Of a stretch of DNA of 15,770 nucleotides, positions 9,480 through 15,770 are shown one piece after another. The translations under genes were made by a program, and so were the position numbers. Source of the DNA: Azolla caroliniana. Lineage: Eukaryota > Plantae > Polypodiophyta. How positions within the stretch are numbered: position 1 is the stretch's first letter; the number at the start of each line of letters is the position of its first letter. The DNA is taken from positions 1 to 15,770 of the forward strand of contig JBHGNT010000782.1 of NCBI GenBank assembly GCA_043228905.1, given 5' to 3'. Below the pieces are notes generated by a model, which saw only the letters and a program-made list of their open reading frames with translations, had not been told where the DNA came from and made no database searches.

Positions 9480-10643
9480 CTAATTTCGCACTTGTTTTTG
9501 CCAATGATTTTTCTTAAAGCCCTCATTCAATCTCAAATTATCTTTTGGTAATGCCTTACCATTAGTATTTTTTGTGTTCCTCTGTATGACAACACCCTTC
9601 CCTTTTATCATATGCTTCACTTGATGCCACTCTCCATCTATCTGAGTCATCATTAATACATACTCCATTCTCCTCCACAACACCTCTGACATGACCATGA
9701 ACTTTTGGATCTCGCTCTAACCCATGAGATGTTCTCTCATCCATGACCATATAAACTATTGAGACATTATCCTTCTCAACATCTTCCTTATTTTTCCCTT
9801 TGACATTATTTCCCAGGGATAGTTCACCATGATATTGGCATTCAGCCATAAAATGCCCCAATTTACCACATTTAAAACAATGCCTCGCAAAAGTCTCCCA
9901 TTGAAGCTTAAAGCGAAATCAACCAAATCGAGATGTATCTATACTCAACCATCCTGGAAGTTTACAAATTGTATCCCATAACATGCAAAATCTACATTTG
10001 TTCAAAGAATTAACATGAGGTGTAACCAAAACTTTACCAATTTGACACATCAATCTTGGTAGTAAATCCCAAAAGAATGAGTTACTACAATCAATGGTCA
10101 CCCAAATTGGACGTTATTGTTTTAATAAATCTTTATAATCCACCAGCGGAACCCATTCCATCACATTCACTAATCTTCTATCAAAAAAGATTGGTACCTA
10201 TGCCATCAAAACCGTACGGTGTTCTGACGATTGAAAAACCACATCATAGAAACATCTTGGACCCACATACACATCCTCAACACAATTAGGCATTGTGAAC
10301 AAATTTAACCTCTGCTTAATCCATGATAATAAAGGAAGTTTGCTAGTGAAATACAAAATAACACCACGATCATAGAACCTGTCAAAAGTTGCTAACATAG
10401 ACTTGGTCTCCATCACCACCTCTACAACATCCTCCTCCACACAATCTTTAGCATCTTTCTCATTTTTTTCCCATAAAATCAGAAATCAAAGCCTTAACAA
10501 AATCACCATGACTATGAATATCACAATCATCTTCAATAACATCTTTCCCACCAAGAATAGCAGCATATGATGTTTTCTCATGTTCTGTAGAATCGATACA
10601 TTTTTACCTCTTGAAATTTTCACAACCATCATTACTACCACAT
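9480..10643 (-). pseudogene. LINE ORF1 (DUF4283-like region plus zinc knuckle), degenerate; boundaries approximate
   Basis: Motifs: TSYAAILGG near 10560, GVILYF...CFYDVVF, and CFKCGKLGHFMAEC at 9879-9838. It lies upstream of ORF2 on the same strand. Confidence 0.75.
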
Positions 10644-11108
10644 TGTTGAGCGGACAAGATCAACATGATCCGAATCGGCTAAACAAGTCAAGAGCCGGAT
10701 CAATGTCTAGTAAGTTGAGCTGGTTCGGTGTCCGGTAAGTTGAGTTAGTTTGATGAACCGGATCAGAGAGCCGGACCCATCTACGAACTGTAGGCCTCTA
10801 ACGGCCTACGCTCCTAGTCTACTAGATAGTTATGGTTTTGGGAGTTAGTGTCAGTCACTCAGTATGAGCATTGAAGTACATGTAAGTACTTTTGCCAGTC
10901 CTTTTAAGGACTTAGAGCTCACTGAGCACATTGTATGTACAGAGTTTTCATTATGTTTTAATATAGAGTTTTACTGTTCTGCTCTCTCTATCTCTCCCGT
11001 GTACTCTATGTGTGTGATTCAAGCTTTCCATTAAACCTTAGTTCTATCTTCTATTGACATTCAGTTAAGCTGGTTGTGTCTACGAGCTTTCACACTTAGC
11101 TCTTTGCA
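10644..11108 (+). repeat. 5' LTR of copia C (465 bp)
   Basis: TGTTGAG...TTTGCA shares blocks with the B LTR (TTTGGGAGTTAGTGT, ATGAGCATTGAAGTAC, CACTGAGCAC, TCTCTCCCGTGTA) and is followed by a PBS. Confidence 0.92.
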
Positions 11109-11119
11109 TGGTATCAGAG
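11109..11119 (+). promoter_or_regulatory. PBS (tRNA-iMet) of copia C
   Basis: TGGTATCAGAG directly follows the LTR. Confidence 0.92.
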
Positions 11120-11212
11120 TGTGAGGGTTGAGAATCCTCTACTGCTGAGAAAAAAACTGTAGACAGGCCAAAACCTAGCCTCCGGTAAAGAGCAGAAAGA
11201 AAGACAGAAAGA

Positions 11213-11659
11213 ATGGACAGAAGCATGGCAAGCTCGCTTCCGACATAGAAGCTTGACATAAACAACTATGTGTCTTTGTCTTACAAGATGCACCAATACT
11301 TGCTAGGCCATGGTTACTAGAGTTATGTCGAAGGAGCGAACGAGAAAGTGCAGGATTCAGCACACAAGGACATCCTGGCTTGGGAACAAGGAGCAAGCAA
11401 AGTGTTCTACTGCCTCACATCATGTGTGCACGACTAGATGGTGGACTACATTAGAGACACGAAAATGTCGAGGTATGTGCCAATCCAAACGGCGATTGTC
11501 CTTCTTCGAGTTGCAATCGATGCTGATGGTCGAAGAAAACCACGTGAGTGGGTCAAGGACCAGACAATCAAACAACCATATGCTATACACAGAGGTGGAT
11601 CGACGAGCAATAGTGACGGTCGACAAGAGCAAGAAAGAAGGCACATAGGTGGTGCCGAC
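11213..11659 (+). pseudogene. gag: Copia C gag remnant with stops and internal deletions
   Basis: Aligns to B 2486-3199, with most of B 2745-3005 missing. Confidence 0.9.
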
Positions 11660-11790
11660 TGTTACCGATATGGAACACTGTCTATCTTCAGTTCTTCGAG
11701 ATAGACCTCAAGGTGATTGCGTGGCAAGGTATGACACCACACGAGACATGAGCCATAATCTGTTAGTTGCGTAATAATGCATATCTAGGA
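11660..11790 (+). other. Probable truncated LTR 5' fragment of an element inserted into C gag
   Basis: Starts with TGTTAC exactly where C homology ends. It is non-coding, with patchy same-offset similarity to the LTR at 15690. Confidence 0.5.
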
Positions 11791-12196
11791 GCCCACATTG
11801 TTGTCTCAGGTAATCTCCCAAGCTGTCCAGTGTGACAATCGTCTTTTCGAACTTCGTCAAGAAGAACGGGGAACTCGCGGGTCTCAGGCTTCTTCTCGGA
11901 ACGTAGCAATCATCAGGCCCTACTTGTCGCCCACGCCAACCTTACCATCAGCCAGTGAAACCCATACCAGAATGGAGGTCGATTCCCATACCCCGATGGA
12001 GATCGACCATGCTCGGTTCCAACCACTAACTTAAGTCCAATGCCAACATCGTTGGGACAATAGACTCTGTCTCTTTTGTGGCAACCCCGGCGATGTCATC
12101 CGCCACTGCCCTATACGAGGCCCTCGACACCAATTCCATCGTGAACATCTTGCGGAGGTTCCTCGACAACAGGAAAACGACCAAGTTTGGCTATAG
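11791..12196 (+). pseudogene. gag: Gypsy gag C-terminal part
   Basis: Motifs: LSQVISQAVQCDNRLFE, TPMEID, and knuckle CLFCGNPGDVIRHC (12068-12109; H replaced by D). There is an internal TAA at 12032-12034 and a stop at 12194-12196. Confidence 0.88.
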
Positions 12197-15100
12197 TAGG
12201 AGCCATGCTGCTGGACGCTTCCCGTTACTCACCTTCTCCATGCTCCTACAAGTCCGAACCACCATTAGGAGGGTTTTCTTTGCAAGTAAGTCTTTGTTTT
12301 GGTTCAACTTCAATACATTCTCATGCCTTGCTCGACTCCAGAGCATCTACTTGCTTTATTGATAAATCGTTTGTATGCGCACATAATATCCCCACCGTCC
12401 GCACATCACAACCATATCCGTTGAAGCAATCGACGATCAGGTTCTCTCATCGGGGGCGGTTACCGAAGCCACTATCCCGTTGGTACTTCAAATCGGGGCA
12501 CACCAAGAGGAACTGACGTTCTACCTCATCGCGACCCCCCGACATCCGATTGTGTTGTAGCTATCTTGGTTGGAGACACACAATCCGACAGTGGATTGGT
12601 GTAGCCGCTCCATCACTTTTCCAACAACGCCAATTCATGCCCGGTCACGACACTCTCTTGATTCTGTTGCGGTTTAGTTGGGTTTGGTCGCTACACTGGC
12701 CGTTGTGTCGGGGAACGTCACCGTTCCTGTCACCAATTTACCCATCCGATATAGCGACTTTTCCGACATCTTCGAAAAGCGGAATGCCGATCAATTACCG
12801 GCTCATCGCCCCTACGATTGCCCAATAGAACTCCAAGCTAGCGAGCATCTCCCATTCGGTTCTATCTATGGGTTATCCGAACCCAAACTTGAGGCTCTCC
12901 GCACATATTTGGCTGAGAATCTCGCGAAGGGCTTCATTCAACCCTCCAAATCATCGGCCGGGGCACCAATATTATTTGTCAAAAAGAAGGACGGCTCCTT
13001 ACGCTTATGTGTCGATTATCGGGGTCTCAACAAAGTTACAGTACATAATCATTACCCCCTGCCCTTAATTCCAGCGCTCCTCGATTGACTCCGAACGGGG
13101 TATATCTTCTCCAAAATCGACCTTCGGGGCGCCTACAATTTGGTGCGCATCAAGCCTGGGGACGTGTGGAAAACAACTTTTCGGACGCGCTATGGACATT
13201 TCGAGTACAAAGTGATGCCTTTCAGGCTTACCAACGCTCCGGTCGTCTTCCAGCACATGATGAACGATATTTTTCGAGAGTATCTCAATCATTTCGTGGT
13301 CATCTACCTTGACGAGATACTAGTTTTTTCTTCCAACTGGGAGGAGCACACACACCATGTCCGGCTAGTTCTCACCAAACTCTGAGAATATGGGCTCTTT
13401 GCCATAAGTGAGAAATGTGAATTCGATCGGACTGCTGTGGAATTCCTGGGTTACATGATCTCACCTATCGGGATCACAATGGATGAACGCGAGGTCACCG
13501 CAATCATTGATTGGCCTCTCCCGACTCGGCTGAAAGAGGTACAATCATTTCTTGATTTTGCAAATTTTTATAGACGATTTATAGACGGGTTCTCATCCCT
13601 AGTCCAACCTCTCATCCAACTTACCCGGAAAGATACTCCATTTCTTTGGACCCCCGCAACACATATAATGCTTTTAATGCCCTCAAAGCAGCTTTTCTCT
13701 CTGTCCCCCTGTTAGTCCACCTGGACCCCACCCGCCCTTTACAAGTTGAAAACGATGCCTCCGACTTTGCAATAGGTGCGGTCTTGTCCCAACCTGATGA
13801 CGATGGTACCCTACATCCGGTTGCCTTCTACTCTCAGAAGTTTACAACCCCGGAAATCAATTATCCGGTCTACGACAAGGAGCTTGCAGCTATCATCTCG
13901 ACCTTCGCTGAATGGCAACCCTATCTAGCTGGGGCACAACATCTTATTTAGGTGGTGACCGACCACAAGAATCTCATCTACTTCACCACCACTCGTACGT
14001 TGAATCGGAGACAGGCTCGTTGGTCATCTTTTCTTGCCGACTACGACTTCGAAATCTTGTTCCAACCCGGCGTTCAACATGGGAAAGCGAATGCTCTCTC
14101 TTGGCGACCCGATTTTGCATTGCGCCTAGGCGACGACACTTATTCTCAGCAATCACATTGTTTATGGCGGCCCGATGAACTCCACATATTCGCAACCTAT
14201 CTATTACACGATGATTCCCTGCTCAACGAGATTGCCCAAGCAACCACGTCGAACCCTTTCACTACTAGCATCATGGCGCACCTCAACAACCCATCCCAGG
14301 AACGGCAAAGCTCGGATCTCAGTCACTTTAGAGTTCCCGATGGGCTAGTCTATCGTAATCACCTCCTTTACGTACCAAATGGCCCATGTTGCCTCCGAGT
14401 TCTACAAACTTGCCATGATGATCCTCTTGTCGGACACTTTGGGGTCGCCAAAACGTTGGCATTGCTTTCTCGGGGGTTTTGGTGGCCTCAACCTTGGAAA
14501 TTGGTCAAAGATTTTATCAAACCTTCTGACGTCTGTGCTCGCTCCAAAGTGGCTCACCATCTTCCATATGGCCTTCTACACCCACTTCCAATCCCCAGTC
14601 AACCTTGGGCATCCCTCTCCATGGACTTTATCACCGACCTTCCTCGAGTCGGTGACCATGACATGGTGCTAGTGGTCGTCGATCGGTTTTCGAAAATAGC
14701 TCACTTTGTCCCATGTTCGAAAACCATTTCAGAAGAGGAGACAACTACCCTTTTTCTGAAAAATGTCATCTGCTTACACGGTTTGCCTGAGGATGTCACT
14801 TCTGATCGAGGTCCTCAATTTATCTCCCACTTTTGGCGCCGACTGCTCCAAACATTCGGGACTTCTATGAACTTGTCAACCGCGCACCGCACTCAAACTG
14901 ATGGCCAAACCGAAAGAGTCAACCAAATCCTCAAACAATACCTCCATTGTTCAATTAGCTACCAACAAGACGATTGTGTGGACCTCCTTGCCATGGCGGA
15001 ATTTGCGTACAATAACAGTATCCATGCCTCAACTAAAGTTTCCCCATTCTTTGCAAATTACGGTTTCCACCCTCATTTCAGCATTTCCATTCCGGAGATA

Positions 15101-15678
15101 TCCATCAATCTGCCGGCCGAGAAACGTGCCCACACCTTACAAGATGTCCACCGTGACCTCTCCCTCGAGCTCAATGCCGTATAAAGCTCACGTTGACCGA
15201 CATCGCTTAGTCGTGCCGACCTTCGCAATCGATGACATGGTTTGGTTGCTACATCGGCATATCGCAACCACCCATCCCTGCATGAAGCTCGACTACAAAA
15301 AGCTAGGCCCCTTCCATATCCTCGAGCACGTTAACCCAGTCGCCTTTCGGTTAGCGCTTCCCCCCACATTTCGGCTTCACAATGTTTTCCACGTCTCTCT
15401 CCTCGAACTCTGTCATCCTTCTCGCATTCCAGGACGCCAACCTCCTCCGCCGTCGCCCATGGAATTATCGACAGGTGAGGAGTATGAGGTTGACTGGATC
15501 CTCGACTCTCGCTTGCGTCGACGGCGACTTCAATACTTGGGTCTTATGGAAAGGTTACCCTCTTTTGGATGCCACATGGAAACTAGTTACACACTTACAA
15601 AATGCACCGGAGGCAATTCGTGCTTTTCACCAACGATAACCCCATAAACCGGCCTCGGGTGTTAGGAGGCGGCCTTAG
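12172..15678 (+). pseudogene. pol: Gypsy pol (protease, RT, RNase H, integrase, chromodomain), disrupted
   Basis: Motifs: ALLDSRAS (PR), [17 protein letters not shown] and YLDEILVFS (RT), NDASDFAIGAVL (RH), HD..GHFG, SMDFITDLP, SDRGPQF, DGQTERVN (INT), KLGPF. Stops occur at 13086, 13383, 13949 and 15637, with several frameshifts. Confidence 0.96.
15477..15639 (+). other. Integrase chromodomain (frameshifted)
   Basis: EEYEVDWILDSR...QY / VLWKGYPLLDATW...HLQNA carries the aromatic-cage Y, W and Y residues of a classical chromodomain. Confidence 0.9.
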
Positions 15679-15686
15679 AGGGAGGA
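15677..15686 (+). promoter_or_regulatory. Polypurine tract of the gypsy element
   Basis: AGAGGGAGGA lies at the end of pol, 3 nt before TGTCA. Confidence 0.85.
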
Positions 15687-15689
15687 TAA

Positions 15690-15770
15690 TGTCATAGACA
15701 TATGCCACAAAGGAAGGTAGGGATTGAACCCAAGACCTCATGGTCTCTATTGGGCAAACCCTACCACTTT
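15690..15770 (+). repeat. Start of gypsy 3' LTR (truncated by window end)
   Basis: TGTCATAGAC follows the PPT. Confidence 0.82.
15716..15770 (-). promoter_or_regulatory. tRNA-like internal Pol III promoter motifs (partial A box, complete B box), antisense within the gypsy LTR
   Basis: The minus strand reads AAAGTGGTAG-N21-GAGGTC-TTGGG-TTCAATC-CCTA. GGTTCAATCCC (15730-15720) matches the B-box consensus GGTTCRANNCC. Confidence 0.6.

Larger units (their letters stand above)
8636..10643 (-). mobile_element. Degenerate L1-clade LINE fragment (ORF1 and ORF2 endonuclease)
   Basis: ORF1 with a CCHC knuckle is followed by APE-endonuclease motifs on the minus strand. Both ends are cut by LTR termini. 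Confidence 0.9.
10644..11659 (+). mobile_element. 5' part of copia C, an older relative of element B
   Basis: LTR, PBS and gag are colinear with B (for example MDRSMASSLPT*KLD and SFFELQSMLMVEENH). Homology stops abruptly at GCCGAC|TGTTACC. Confidence 0.92.
11791..15770 (+). mobile_element. Ty3/gypsy chromovirus (Tcn1-like by inference), 5'-deleted and degenerate; 3' LTR runs out of window
   Basis: Order is gag C-terminus, PR, RT, RNase H, INT, chromodomain, PPT, LTR. Confidence 0.95.

Noticed and set aside
15705-15770. Functional tRNA gene
   Set aside because: The anticodon stem cannot pair and the 5' end is outside the window. It is kept only as a tRNA-like promoter motif.

Overview
This is a eukaryotic window, plant-like and probably from a non-seed plant such as a moss (inference). 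It is made entirely of nested, decayed retrotransposons, with no host gene and no intact transposon ORF. A minus-strand L1-type LINE remnant (8636-10643) is the oldest layer. Its ORF2 endonuclease is cut by Ty1/copia element A (<1-8635). The RNase H of A is split by structurally complete copia element B (2029-8091; 385-bp LTRs, TSD TGTTC, tRNA-iMet PBS, PPT). The integrase of B is split in turn by an 861-bp solo LTR (4579-5439; TSD GGTAG) carrying a 6 x 54-bp higher-order tandem array. LINE ORF1 is cut by copia C (from 10644), an older relative of B. The gag of C is interrupted at 11660 by an LTR-like fragment fused to a chromodomain-bearing Ty3/gypsy element (about 11791->15770). The most unusual signals are an antisense tRNA-like Pol III A/B-box cassette at the start of the gypsy 3' LTR, a hairpin switch around the PPT of B, and dyad arrays conserved between the B and C LTRs. 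All alignments and counts were done by eye.
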